Position numbers and translations under genes: made by a program | The notes under the pieces: model-generated | Told to the model about the DNA's origin: nothing | Seen by the model: the letters and a program-made list of their open reading frames with translations, nothing else | Databases searched by the model: none | Assembly (NCBI GenBank): GCA_903879915.1 | Contig: CAIRNJ010000026.1 | Location: 21,433-85,432, forward strand | Source: an uncultured Elusimicrobia bacterium | GTDB taxonomy: Bacteria; Elusimicrobiota; Elusimicrobia; Elusimicrobiales; UBA9959 | Reading direction: 5' to 3' | Length of the DNA: 64,000 nucleotides | Shown here: positions 29,374 to 38,809 of the stretch, in pieces | Layout of the letters: every line of letters starts with the position of its first letter | Position numbering within the stretch: position 1 is the first letter of the stretch

Positions 29374-31440
29374 TCAGAGGTCCTTTTTTGCGCCGGCGTC
29401 CGGGACGCCCGTCACCGTGTAGCCGGGAAAATAATGGGCGAGAATGTCCAGGTAGCCGGCGTCCTGCTTTTGCGCCATGCCGCGCGCGCCCAGCAGGCAC
29501 AGCCCCTGCCCGTCTCCCGTGCCTATGCCGCGCACCAGGAAAAAATCCGGGAGTTTTCCGTCGTAAACCGGGCGTATGCTGAACAGCGTGGAGCGCAGCG
29601 TGCCCGCCGCCAGCAGCTCCGAGATCGCGCCGGGGCCGTCGATGACGGCCGTTCCGGAGGTGCCCTCCGCCCTTATGGCCTTTACCCGCCCGTCGGCCTC
29701 GCGGGCCAGCGGTACCAGCGCCCTCAGGCGGCCTATCTTATGGCCGCGGTTCAGGCGCGACTCGATCCATTCGGGCCTGAGCAGCAGCGTCCACGCTACG
29801 TCGGAAGCCTGCGTTTTGTCGGCGGCCAGGCAGAGCAGCCCGGCGGGCGGGCTTTCCACGCCGCGGGCGTAGACGCTGAAAGGCGCGGCCGGCGCCGCGG
29901 GCCTGCCGGCGTCGCTGGCGCCGGCGGCGGTCAGCCCGCCGCAGGCGCGGTGAAAAGCGGCCGGGGCCACGGCGCCGTCCTTCTGCAGCAGCTGGCCGCG
30001 CGTGGCTTTGGCGGTCTCGGCCGAAACCTCGTTCTCCGCCTGCAGGCCCGGGAAAGGCAGGCAGTGCGCCGAGTCGCACAGGTCGTAGTCGCGGCTTTCG
30101 TGCCGGGACGCGGCGGCCAGCCAGGTAAGCCGCGTGCGCACCGTCACCGCCAGGGCTTTAAGATATTCGGGCAGCTTTACCCTGTCCGCCAGCGAGGCGC
30201 TGATGGGGCTGACCAGCGGCTCCAGGGCGGTCTCGTCGATCAGCCAGAATCCTTTTTCGCGCGCCAGGGCGATCAGTTCCCCCGCTATCTCCTTGTCGCC
30301 GCGGTTAACGCCGTGCGCGCCGGGCCCCAGCTCGGGGCTCTTTATCAGCAGCGTGGCGCCGGGAGTTTTTACCGACACGCGCAGGCTGTTGCCCGTGGTG
30401 CGCACCACAGCGCCGCGGTTGTCCAGTATTTCGTAGAGGCCGTTCTCCGCGTTGTAGGCTATGGTCCATTGCGCGCCGCGCTTGCCCGAAAGGAGCAGCC
30501 CCAGCCGCGCGTCCGTAAGGTCGAAGTCGGACGCGGCCATGAAGCTGAAGCTTCTTACCACGGCCGGCACGCCGGCCTTGTCCGCGTACAGCCCGATCTT
30601 TACCACGGGCCCTGAGCCCTGCTCTACGGGATCGGTATGGGCCGGGCCGTTCATCCGGGCCCAGTAAAGCAGGTCCTCGGCTTTGCCTTTGACGCGCTTT
30701 AGGAGCTCCTTCGTTTTATCGGTGAAGCGCTTTTCGTAGGGGTCCAGGTCGTAAAGCGTGTAGTAGGTCTGCCAGGCCGCCATCGGAACCCCGGTCTTCT
30801 CGTAAAGGCGCGCCAGGTCGGTCTCGGCCTGAAAGTTCAGCGGGTCGTAGTCTATGGATTCCTTTATAAAGTTAAGGGCGTCCTGCTTCTTCCCGGTCTT
30901 TTCCAGGTAGAAGCTTATCATCTGGGCCGCCGGGGAAAGCAGGTTGGGCGCGCGGGTATAGACCGGGCGCAGCAGGTCCAGCGCCTGCGCCGGGCCGGAC
31001 AGCCGGGCTTCGGCCAGGGCCATGCCGAAGCCGGCCTGGCTGGACAGCGCCTGGTCCGCGGTGAGGGACAGCGCCTTCTGGAAGGCGGCGCGCGCTTCCT
31101 TATATTTAGAGAGGCCCAGCAGGTTCCAGCCTTTTTCGAACCGGACGAAAAAATCCTCGGGGTCGAGCGCCTCGGCCTTCGCCAGGGCGGGCAGGGCCTC
31201 CGCGTTCTTCCCGGCCTCGGCCAGCAGCACCGCCAGGTCCTTCAGCGCCGCGCCGGTCAGCGCGGCGTCGGTGGAACGGTCGGCCACGTATTTGTACGCG
31301 CCGGCGGCTTCCTCGGGGCGCCCCCCCAGCCAGCTGGCGGCGGCGCCGGAGTATATTTTCGCCAGGTCTTCCTGCGCCCGGGCCGGAGCGGCCGCGGCGG
31401 GCGCCAGCGCGCAGAGTATCAGAAATAAATTTCTTTTCAT
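29374..31440 (-). CDS. secreted TPR-repeat protein with a C-terminal SpoIID/LytB domain
   Basis: Signal peptide MKRNLFLILCALAPAAAAPARA and N-terminal TPR-like repeats. SpoIID-type motifs: YDLCDSAHC and GTGDGQGLCLLGARGMA..GYLDILAHYFPG. Confidence 0.75.
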   Translation of the reverse strand: MKRNLFLILCALAPAAAAPARAQEDLAKIYSGAAASWLGGRPEEAAGAYKYVADRSTDAALTGAALKDLAVLLAEAGKNAEALPALAKAEALDPEDFFVRFEKGWNLLGLSKYKEARAAFQKALSLTADQALSSQAGFGMALAEARLSGPAQALDLLRPVYTRAPNLLSPAAQMISFYLEKTGKKQDALNFIKESIDYDPLNFQAETDLARLYEKTGVPMAAWQTYYTLYDLDPYEKRFTDKTKELLKRVKGKAEDLLYWARMNGPAHTDPVEQGSGPVVKIGLYADKAGVPAVVRSFSFMAASDFDLTDARLGLLLSGKRGAQWTIAYNAENGLYEILDNRGAVVRTTGNSLRVSVKTPGATLLIKSPELGPGAHGVNRGDKEIAGELIALAREKGFWLIDETALEPLVSPISASLADRVKLPEYLKALAVTVRTRLTWLAAASRHESRDYDLCDSAHCLPFPGLQAENEVSAETAKATRGQLLQKDGAVAPAAFHRACGGLTAAGASDAGRPAAPAAPFSVYARGVESPPAGLLCLAADKTQASDVAWTLLLRPEWIESRLNRGHKIGRLRALVPLAREADGRVKAIRAEGTSGTAVIDGPGAISELLAAGTLRSTLFSIRPVYDGKLPDFFLVRGIGTGDGQGLCLLGARGMAQKQDAGYLDILAHYFPGYTVTGVPDAGAKKDL

Positions 31441-31538
31441 CGGAAATAAATGTAGCAATTAGTAATTGGCCGTACAAGTCCGCGGCGGCCCCGCGCGTTC
31501 CGCGCGGGCGCGCAAACACGTCCGCAGCGCCGGGCGTT

Positions 31539-31567
31539 TTGAATTATTTCCGCGCTTTATGTATAAT
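31539..31567 (+). promoter_or_regulatory. sigma70-like promoter of the tRNA-Lys/tRNA-Leu(/tig) unit
   Basis: TTGAAT (31539-31544), 17-nt spacer, TATAAT (31562-31567). tRNA-Lys starts 10 nt downstream. Confidence 0.65.
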
Positions 31568-31576
31568 AAATGCGAC

Positions 31577-31648
31577 GGGCCATTAGCTCAACGGTAGAGC
31601 AGACGCCTCTTAAGCGTAAGGTTACAGGTTCGAATCCCGTATGGCCCA
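31577..31648 (+). tRNA. tRNA-Lys (CTT)
   Basis: Acceptor GGGCCAT/ATGGCCC, D arm GCTC-AACGGTA-GAGC, anticodon loop CTCTTAA, T loop TTCGAAT. There is one mismatch in each of the anticodon and T stems. CCA is not encoded. Followed by T7. Confidence 0.8.
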
Positions 31649-31764
31649 TAGTTTTTTTGCGGTGCAGTGACCAGCAGACCGAAAACTCCAAACCAGAAAG
31701 TATTTTGTTCGCTGGTTACGCTACTTGAAAACTGACGGGCGGCGGAACTGACGGACGCTCTTTT

Positions 31765-31848
31765 GCCGAGATGGCGGAACTGGTAGACGCGCATGGCTTA
31801 GGACCATGTGGGGTCACACCCATCGGGGTTCGAGTCCCCGTCTCGGCA
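31765..31848 (+). tRNA. tRNA-Leu (TAG)
   Basis: Acceptor GCCGAGA/TCTCGGC, anticodon stem CATGG/CCATG with loop CTTAGGA, long variable arm, T arm GGGG-TTCGAGT-CCCC. 84 nt. Confidence 0.88.
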
Positions 31849-31917
31849 GAAATGCTGCAGTCCCCGCGGGGCCGTCAGAACTTTACCGCGCGGGCGGATG
31901 AAAACCGGGAGCACATC

Positions 31918-33183
31918 ATGAAACTTACCCTGACAGTAGGCGACAAAATCAAGAAGATCAAGCAGGAAGGCTGCGTGCAGCTTTTCTCCGTGCTGCTGGG
32001 CCGGCCGGAAGTGGCGGAAGCCACGCAGGCCGCGCTGGTGCGCCTGCAGAGCGTGGTAAGCCTGCCCGGTTTCCGCGTAGGCAAGGTGCCGCTGGCCATG
32101 ATCAAGGAACAGTTCCCCTCCATGGTTAAGGATGAAGTTCTGGAGCTCGCGGCCCGCGCCGCCCTGCCGGAGATCATCAAGGCCGCGTCGCTGAACCCCG
32201 TCACGCAGCCGGTCATGATGAACATGAAGTACGAGCCGGGCGCTTCGCTTTACTTCGAACTCCAGTTCGAGTGTTCCCCCGTCATCGAGCCCAAGGGCTA
32301 CGAGAAGATAGCCGCCACGCGCAAGACGCGCAAGGTCGAGGACGCGGACGTGGATAAATATATCGCCCAGGTCAGGGAGTACAACGCCTACCTGAACGCC
32401 GCGCCCGAAGGCGCCAAGGCGGAAAAGAAACATTTCGTCGTTGTGGATTACGAGACCTGGGAGAACGGGGCGAAGGTTCCCGGCGGCGAGATGAAAGGCG
32501 AGATCGTTGACCTTTCCAGCCCCCAGACCATCGCCGGCCTCGCGGAGGCCGTGATCGGCGCCAAAAAGGGCGAGACCCGCGAATTCAACGCGCCGTTCGG
32601 CGACAAGAAAATGACCTTCAAGGTCACGCTCAGCGAAATAAAGGAAAAGGTCGTGCCGGAGATGGACGAGAATTTCTTCAAGGAAGCGGGCGTCAAGACC
32701 GTCGAGGAGCTGAAGGCCAACGTGCGCAAGCTCCTGGAGCATAACGCCGCCGAGAAGACCGAAAAGGAACTTTTCAGCCAGCTCGAGGACGCGCTGATAA
32801 AGAGCAATCCCCTGGCCCTGCCCCCCACGCTGGTGAAGGAGGAGGCCAAGGAGCTCGTTGAACTTTACAAGAAGCGCGCCCCCGACCAGCAGGAGATACA
32901 GGAGGAGGCGCTGCTCGAGCGCCTCAAGCCCGTGGCCGAGCGCAACCTGTCCCTTACCTATATACTGCACCACATCGCCAAGAAGGAAAAGATAGAGGCC
33001 ACCGACGCGGAGCTGGACGCGGAGCTCGAGAAGATAGTGACCCGCCTCAACACCGAGGACGAGAAAGCGAAAGGCCGCGAGCTTTTCGAGAAGCGCAAAG
33101 AGTACATACGGGCTTCGATGGTGGAGAACAAGACCATGTCGCTGGTGAAGGACAAAGCCGTTATTAAGGAAGAGAAGGCCTGA
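31918..33183 (+). CDS. tig: trigger factor
   Basis: 421 codons from ATG 31918 (the upstream part of the ORF overlaps tRNA-Leu). GFRVGKVP motif, followed by a PPIase-like middle and an acidic C-terminal domain. Confidence 0.88.
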   Translation: MKLTLTVGDKIKKIKQEGCVQLFSVLLGRPEVAEATQAALVRLQSVVSLPGFRVGKVPLAMIKEQFPSMVKDEVLELAARAALPEIIKAASLNPVTQPVMMNMKYEPGASLYFELQFECSPVIEPKGYEKIAATRKTRKVEDADVDKYIAQVREYNAYLNAAPEGAKAEKKHFVVVDYETWENGAKVPGGEMKGEIVDLSSPQTIAGLAEAVIGAKKGETREFNAPFGDKKMTFKVTLSEIKEKVVPEMDENFFKEAGVKTVEELKANVRKLLEHNAAEKTEKELFSQLEDALIKSNPLALPPTLVKEEAKELVELYKKRAPDQQEIQEEALLERLKPVAERNLSLTYILHHIAKKEKIEATDAELDAELEKIVTRLNTEDEKAKGRELFEKRKEYIRASMVENKTMSLVKDKAVIKEEKA

Positions 33184-33201
33184 GCCGGCCCCGGAGGAAA
33201 A

Positions 33202-33807
33202 ATGATAATACCTACAATTCTTGAAAAATGGAACCAGGGCTCGATGGTGTCCTACGACATCTTTTCGCGCCTGCTTAAAGACCGGATCATTTTTTTCGGC
33301 GACCCCGAAGGCGCGGTCTCCACGGCGTCCGCCAACACCGTGATAGCGCAGCTGCTGTACCTTGACGCGGAAGACCCCGACAAGGACATCAATCTCTACA
33401 TCAATTCCCCCGGCGGCATGGTCACCGCGGGGCTCGCCGTCTACGACACCATGCAGTTCATCAAGGCGCCCATCTCCACCATCTGCATGGGCATGGCCAT
33501 GAGCTTCGGCGCCGTGCTGCTGGCCGCCGGCTCGAAAGGCAAGCGCTACGCGCTGCCCAACGCCCGCGTGATGATCCACCAGCCCCTGATCTGGGGCGGC
33601 GGCATCTCCGGGCAGGCTACCGATATCGAAATTGAAAGCCGCGAGATGCAGGAAAGCAAGACCCGGCTCATAAACATCATGGCCAAACATACCGGCCAGA
33701 CCCCGGAAAAGGTCCGCGCCGATATGGAAAGGAACTTTTACCTTTCCTCGGAACAGGCCAAGGATTACGGCATCATAGACGCCGTGCTTGAATTCCGCAA
33801 GAAATAG
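33202..33807 (+). CDS. clpP: ATP-dependent Clp protease proteolytic subunit (Asn at the catalytic Asp position)
   Basis: 201 aa with YINSPGG, the catalytic Ser in GMAMSFG and His in MIHQP. The ERD motif reads ERN (AAC codon 33733-33735). SD GGAGG lies upstream. Confidence 0.9.
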   Translation: MIIPTILEKWNQGSMVSYDIFSRLLKDRIIFFGDPEGAVSTASANTVIAQLLYLDAEDPDKDINLYINSPGGMVTAGLAVYDTMQFIKAPISTICMGMAMSFGAVLLAAGSKGKRYALPNARVMIHQPLIWGGGISGQATDIEIESREMQESKTRLINIMAKHTGQTPEKVRADMERNFYLSSEQAKDYGIIDAVLEFRKK

Positions 33808-33850
33808 GACGCGGTCCGGCGGCGCGGCCGATTCTGGAGCTATCTTCAAC

Positions 33851-36235
33851 ATGCAAGAAAAAACAACTAACGAACCCTCATACCCCGCTACATTGCCCGC
33901 TATAGCTATCAGGGACGTGGTGATGTTCCCCCACATGGCGCTGCCGCTGTCCGTGGACCGCCCGAAGTCGGTGGCGGCCATAGAGGCCGGGCTGGCGGCC
34001 GGCAGGCTGATACTGTCCCTGGCGCAGAAGAAGCCGGGCGTGAACGATCCCGCCGCCGAGGACCTCTATTCCTACGGGGTGGTCAGTTCCATTTCCCAGT
34101 CCCTCAAAATGCCGGACGGCACCATGCGCGTTTTTCTCGAGGGTAAAAAGCGCGTGCGCGTGCTGAAGATCGCGCCGGACGCCGCGGGCGCTTTCCTGTC
34201 CGCCGACGTGGAATACCCGGCAGAGACGGAGAAGAAGGGCGCGGAGCTTACCGCCCTGATGCGCCACGCCGCCGAGCTTTTTGAAGTTTACGTCAAGCTC
34301 GGCACCCGCATAAACCTGGATTCCACTGCTTTCCTGCAGCAGCAGGAAGACCCGGGCAAGTTCTCCGACATCATCGCCGCCAATTCCTCCTTCAGCCTGG
34401 CCGACCGCCAGGAAGTGCTGGAGACCGAGGACGTCTCCGCCCGCCTTGAAAAGCTCATCAAGCTGCTTTCTAAGGAAGTGGAGATAATGGACATCGAGCA
34501 GAAGATCCACGGCCGCGTGAAGGGCCAGATCGAGAAATCCCAGAAGGAATATTATCTCAACGAGCAGATGAAGGCCATCCAGAAGGAACTTCATCAGAAG
34601 GACGATTTTTCCAAGGAGCTGGACGAGCTGAAGAAGCGCATCAAGGCCGCCAGGATGTCCAAAGAGGCGGAGGCCGCGGCCGAGAAGGAACTGGCGCGGC
34701 TCTCGAAAATGATGCCTTTCTCGCCGGAGTCCACGGTGTGCCGCACCTACCTGGACTGGCTTACGGCCCTGCCCTGGAGCGTGGAGACCAAGGACGAGAT
34801 AGACCTCGCCGCGGCGCGCAAGATCCTTGACGAGGACCATTTCGGCCTGCAGAAGCCCAAGGAAAGGGTGCTGGAGTACCTGGCGGTCTGCAAGCTCACC
34901 AAGCAGCTTAAAGGCCCCATACTCTGCTTCGTGGGCCCTCCCGGAGTCGGCAAGACCTCCATCGCCCGCTCGATAGCCCGCTCGATGGGCCGCAACTTCG
35001 TGCGGATGTCCCTGGGCGGCGTGCGCGACGAGGCTGAGATCCGCGGGCACCGGCGCACCTACGTGGCGTCCATGCCGGGCCGCCTGATGCAGAGCATGAA
35101 GAAGGCCAAGAGCCGCAACCCCGTGTTCCTGATGGACGAGATCGACAAGATGGGCATGGACTGGCGGGGCGACCCCTCGGCCGCGCTGCTGGAAGTGCTG
35201 GACCCCGAGCAGAACACCGAGTTCAGCGACCATTTCCTCGACCTGCCCTTCGACATTTCCAAGGTGATGTTCATCGCCACCGCGAATACTTTGTGGGGCA
35301 TCCCCGTCAGCCTGCGCGACCGCATGGAGGTAATCGACTTCAGCGGCTACACGCATACCGAGAAGATAGAGATAGCGAAGAAATTCCTGATCCCCCGCCA
35401 GCTCAGGGTGCACGGGCTCAAGGAAGGCTCGCTGAAGATCGACGATAAGGGCATCGACGCCGTGATCCGCGGCTATACCCGCGAGGCCGGCGTGCGGAAC
35501 CTCGAGCGGGAGTTCGCCTCCATGTGCCGGCGCGCGGCGCGCAAAACGGTGGAGCAGAAGCTGGAGAACATCTCCATCACCCCGGACAACCTGGGCGAAT
35601 ACCTGGGCGTGCCCAAGTTCAGCTCGACCCTTAATTCGTACAACGCCCTGGGCATAGCCACGGGGCTGGCCTGGACTGAGAACGGCGGCGAAGTGCTGGC
35701 CGTGGAAGCGGTGGCCATTCCCGGCAAGGGAACGCTTACCCTTACGGGGAAGCTCGGCGACGTGATGAAGGAATCCGCGCAGGCCGCGTTCTCCTATATC
35801 AGGTCCAGGGAACTCGCCCCCGCGGCGTTCGTCAACGGCCATAATTTCCATGTGCACATCCCCGAAGGCGCCATCCCCAAGGACGGGCCGTCGGCGGGCA
35901 TAACCATCGCGTCGGCGCTGGCCAGCCTCTTCACCGGCCGGCCGGTGAAGGCCAATCTTTCCATGACGGGCGAACTCACCCTTACCGGGAGGGTGCTGGC
36001 CATCGGCGGGCTGAAGGAGAAGGTCATAGCCTCTTTCCGCGACGGGATAAACACCGTGCTGTACCCCGCCGCCAACCGCAAGGACCTCGAGGAGATCCCC
36101 GCCGAGATAAAGGCCGCGATGCGCCTTCTGCCGGTGGAGCGCATGGACGAAGTGCTGGAAATGGCGCTGGAGCCGGCCACCGCCGCCAGGCCCGCCGCGC
36201 GCGGCGGGGCGAAGAAGGTCAGGAGCAGGCGTTAG
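33851..36235 (+). CDS. lon: ATP-dependent Lon protease
   Basis: 794 codons from ATG 33851. Has the LON N-domain, Walker A GPPGVGKTS, and the catalytic Ser in KDGPSAGIT. Confidence 0.93.
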   Translation: MQEKTTNEPSYPATLPAIAIRDVVMFPHMALPLSVDRPKSVAAIEAGLAAGRLILSLAQKKPGVNDPAAEDLYSYGVVSSISQSLKMPDGTMRVFLEGKKRVRVLKIAPDAAGAFLSADVEYPAETEKKGAELTALMRHAAELFEVYVKLGTRINLDSTAFLQQQEDPGKFSDIIAANSSFSLADRQEVLETEDVSARLEKLIKLLSKEVEIMDIEQKIHGRVKGQIEKSQKEYYLNEQMKAIQKELHQKDDFSKELDELKKRIKAARMSKEAEAAAEKELARLSKMMPFSPESTVCRTYLDWLTALPWSVETKDEIDLAAARKILDEDHFGLQKPKERVLEYLAVCKLTKQLKGPILCFVGPPGVGKTSIARSIARSMGRNFVRMSLGGVRDEAEIRGHRRTYVASMPGRLMQSMKKAKSRNPVFLMDEIDKMGMDWRGDPSAALLEVLDPEQNTEFSDHFLDLPFDISKVMFIATANTLWGIPVSLRDRMEVIDFSGYTHTEKIEIAKKFLIPRQLRVHGLKEGSLKIDDKGIDAVIRGYTREAGVRNLEREFASMCRRAARKTVEQKLENISITPDNLGEYLGVPKFSSTLNSYNALGIATGLAWTENGGEVLAVEAVAIPGKGTLTLTGKLGDVMKESAQAAFSYIRSRELAPAAFVNGHNFHVHIPEGAIPKDGPSAGITIASALASLFTGRPVKANLSMTGELTLTGRVLAIGGLKEKVIASFRDGINTVLYPAANRKDLEEIPAEIKAAMRLLPVERMDEVLEMALEPATAARPAARGGAKKVRSRR

Positions 36236-36269
36236 TTAAAATCTTCGGTCGCGGATACAGGGGAACGAT

Positions 36270-38075
36270 GTGAAAAGCGCGGCGGCGGGAAAATTTTTCA
36301 CAGGCATGTTTTTCGGCTGCCTTGTTTTTCTGCTTGCCGCCGCTCCCCCGCCGGCCCGCGCGTACGAGGACGTGCTGACCACCGAGGAGATGCAGGGCAC
36401 CCTGGAGAACACCAAGCTCTCCGAGGTGCTGGAGCAGTACCTGGCCACCATACAGATGTTCGACCCCGAGCGCGCCACGCGCCTGGGCATCCACTCCGCC
36501 GACTCCTATCTTACCTCCCGCACGCCGGAACGCGAGGCCAAGCAGCTCGAGACGCTGCGCAACCTCCGCGCGAAGCTCCTGCAGATAAACAAAGGGGCGA
36601 TGTATCCGGCGTCCAGGCTGGATTACGAAGTGCTCAACCACATGCTGGAAGTGGAGATCTACGAGCTGGAGAACCTGGGCGTGCTGGCGAAAAGGCCGCA
36701 GTATTACCTTGAGCCGGTCTTCCTTATCTTCCAGATGATGAGCAAGGACTACGAGGATTACAATCTCCGCGCCGCCAACGCCATCGCGCGCCTGCGGCAG
36801 ATCCCGGTGGTCCTTGAGCAGGCGGAACGCAATCTTACCAAGCCTCCCGAGTTCTGGACCCGGCAGGCGATAAAGCAGTCTTCGGACTGCATCAGCTACA
36901 TCTCCGACTTCGTGGCCGTTTTCAGGGCCTATACCCGCTATGACCCGCTTTTGAAAGCGCAGGTGGACGACGCCATCGAGAAGGCCAAGGCCGCTTTCGC
37001 GCGCTATTCCGCTTTCCTTGAAAAGGACATCCTGCCCGTTTCCGACGGCGACCTGAGCTCCGGCGACGTCGTCTACGGTTTTTATCTCGAGCGCCTGCAC
37101 GGGCTGGATATGACGCCGGGCGCGGCCTACAGCCACTCCAAAAAAGCCTTCAAGACCTCGCTCAAAGAACTTGAAAGGGAAGCCCTGACCGTGGACGCCC
37201 TGGCGGCGAAAGAGAAAGGCTGGAAAGGCGTGCTGGACAAGCTGCCCAAGGACCACCCGGCCGCCAGCGAAGTGCTGAAGGTCTTCCAGGACGAGATGGA
37301 CCGGGCTTACCAGCATTTCGACGAACACAAGGTGGTGGAGTTCCCCCGCGCCCGCCTGCTGATAAAGCAGATGCCCAATTTCATGGCTTCCGTGCTGCCG
37401 TACGTCTATTACGCGCCGGCCTTCGCGCTGGACGATACGCGCATCTCGGAGCTTTTCGTGCTGCTGCCGCCCGATACCGTTTCCGAAGCCGTCCGCGAGA
37501 AAACCCTGGCCTCCGGCTTCAATTACGCCCAGGTGGAACTGCTTACCGCCTACTCCATAATGCCGGGCATACACCTGCGCAACTTCGAAGCCTCGTCCAA
37601 CCTGTCCCGCATACGGCGGGTTTCCCGCCAGCCCATGGTGGCCAACGGCTGGGCCTGCTACGCCGAACTGCTGGCCGAGGAGATGGGGTTCTACTCCTCT
37701 TACTGGTCGCGTTTCCTGCGCTGCTACGTGCGCCTGCTGCGCTCGGCCCGGGCCTATGCCGACACCGCCATGCACACCCGGAAATGGACGCCGGCGGAAG
37801 CTTCCAAGTTCTTCCAGGACAAGCTGTATATGTCCAAGGCCCAGGCGGACAACGAGGTGCTGAAGATCTCCCTGGCGCCCACCGAGGGTTTTTCCTTCGT
37901 TTACGGGCTCGACCGCATACTGGAGATGCGCCGCTACTACCAGCGCACCGAGGCCAAGTATTTCGACCTGCGCAAGTTCCACACGCTGTTCCTGAAAATG
38001 GGCGAGATCCCGATAGACAGGATCGAAGAGGAAGTGCGGCGCCAGAAGAAGGAGGATAATAAAATAATCCGATGA
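36270..38075 (+). CDS. secreted DUF885-family protein (putative metallopeptidase fold, metal motif apparently degenerate)
   Basis: GTG start with a GGGGA SD and a signal peptide ..AAAPPPARA. DUF885-like blocks: NGWACYAELLAEEMGFY, RSARAYADTAMH and NEVLKISLAPTEGFSFVYG. Confidence 0.7.
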   Translation: MKSAAAGKFFTGMFFGCLVFLLAAAPPPARAYEDVLTTEEMQGTLENTKLSEVLEQYLATIQMFDPERATRLGIHSADSYLTSRTPEREAKQLETLRNLRAKLLQINKGAMYPASRLDYEVLNHMLEVEIYELENLGVLAKRPQYYLEPVFLIFQMMSKDYEDYNLRAANAIARLRQIPVVLEQAERNLTKPPEFWTRQAIKQSSDCISYISDFVAVFRAYTRYDPLLKAQVDDAIEKAKAAFARYSAFLEKDILPVSDGDLSSGDVVYGFYLERLHGLDMTPGAAYSHSKKAFKTSLKELEREALTVDALAAKEKGWKGVLDKLPKDHPAASEVLKVFQDEMDRAYQHFDEHKVVEFPRARLLIKQMPNFMASVLPYVYYAPAFALDDTRISELFVLLPPDTVSEAVREKTLASGFNYAQVELLTAYSIMPGIHLRNFEASSNLSRIRRVSRQPMVANGWACYAELLAEEMGFYSSYWSRFLRCYVRLLRSARAYADTAMHTRKWTPAEASKFFQDKLYMSKAQADNEVLKISLAPTEGFSFVYGLDRILEMRRYYQRTEAKYFDLRKFHTLFLKMGEIPIDRIEEEVRRQKKEDNKIIR

Positions 38076-38809
38076 CCTCACGCGCCGTAACGTTCTCCAA
38101 AGTTGAAAAGACCTATAAGCGCCCCCGGCTGCTGGGCGCGGCCTACCATACGGCCGTGCAGGACCTTTCTTTCGATATCCCGACGGGCGAGATAACCGGC
38201 CTGCTGGGCCTGAACGGGGCCGGCAAGACCACCATCATGAAACTGATCACCGGCCTGCTGTTCCCCACCGCCGGTTCCCTCAGGGTTTTCGGCCTGCCGC
38301 CGTCCGGCCAGCCGGCCAAGGCCAAGGTCGGTTTCCTGCCCGAACTGCCGTATTTCCCGCCGCAGGTGAAGCCCGGGGCGGCGCTGGCGTATTACGGCCG
38401 GCTGTCCGGCTTGTCCGGCAAGGACCTTTCCCTGGCGGTGGAGGCGGCCCTTGAACGCACCGGGCTCGAGCCCCACGCGGATAAGCGCGTCGCTGAATTT
38501 TCAAAGGGCATGCTGCAGCGGCTGGGGCTCGCGCAGGCGCTGCTGCACCGGCCCGACCTGCTGGTGCTCGACGAGCCGGTCAGCGGCCTCGACCCGCTGG
38601 CCATCCACGACATCCGCAAGCTCCTGGCCGGGCTTAACGCCGAGGGACGCACTATTTTCCTGTCCTCCCACAGCATCTCCGAAGTGGAGAAATTATGCGG
38701 GCGCGTCCTTATAATGGTGCGCGGCCGGCTGGCGAAAACCGTGGCCAGAGCCGAGTGGGAGGCCGCGCCGGGCGGCCTCGAATCCATTTTCGTTGAGGCG
38801 GTTAAATGA
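38072..38809 (+). CDS. ABC transporter ATP-binding protein (ABC-2 / NosF-GldA-like)
   Basis: Walker A GLNGAGKTT, signature FSKGMLQRL, Walker B LLVLDEP. ATGA overlaps at both ends. Confidence 0.88.
   Translation: MTSRAVTFSKVEKTYKRPRLLGAAYHTAVQDLSFDIPTGEITGLLGLNGAGKTTIMKLITGLLFPTAGSLRVFGLPPSGQPAKAKVGFLPELPYFPPQVKPGAALAYYGRLSGLSGKDLSLAVEAALERTGLEPHADKRVAEFSKGMLQRLGLAQALLHRPDLLVLDEPVSGLDPLAIHDIRKLLAGLNAEGRTIFLSSHSISEVEKLCGRVLIMVRGRLAKTVARAEWEAAPGGLESIFVEAVK

Noticed and set aside
31459-31576. Replication origin at the divergence point of the two long gene arrays.
   Set aside because: I see no DnaA-box-like TTATCCACA repeats, no AT-rich unwinding element and no dnaA/dnaN nearby. The region is explained by a consensus tRNA promoter. 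Strand switches recur further right.
31798-38081. Very long minus-strand ORFs (727, 659 and 620 aa) antisense to tig/clpP, lon and the DUF885 gene.
   Set aside because: Same high-GC artefact as above. The plus-strand products carry textbook motifs (ClpP Ser/His, Lon Walker A and catalytic Ser), and the antisense translations are repetitive and motif-free.
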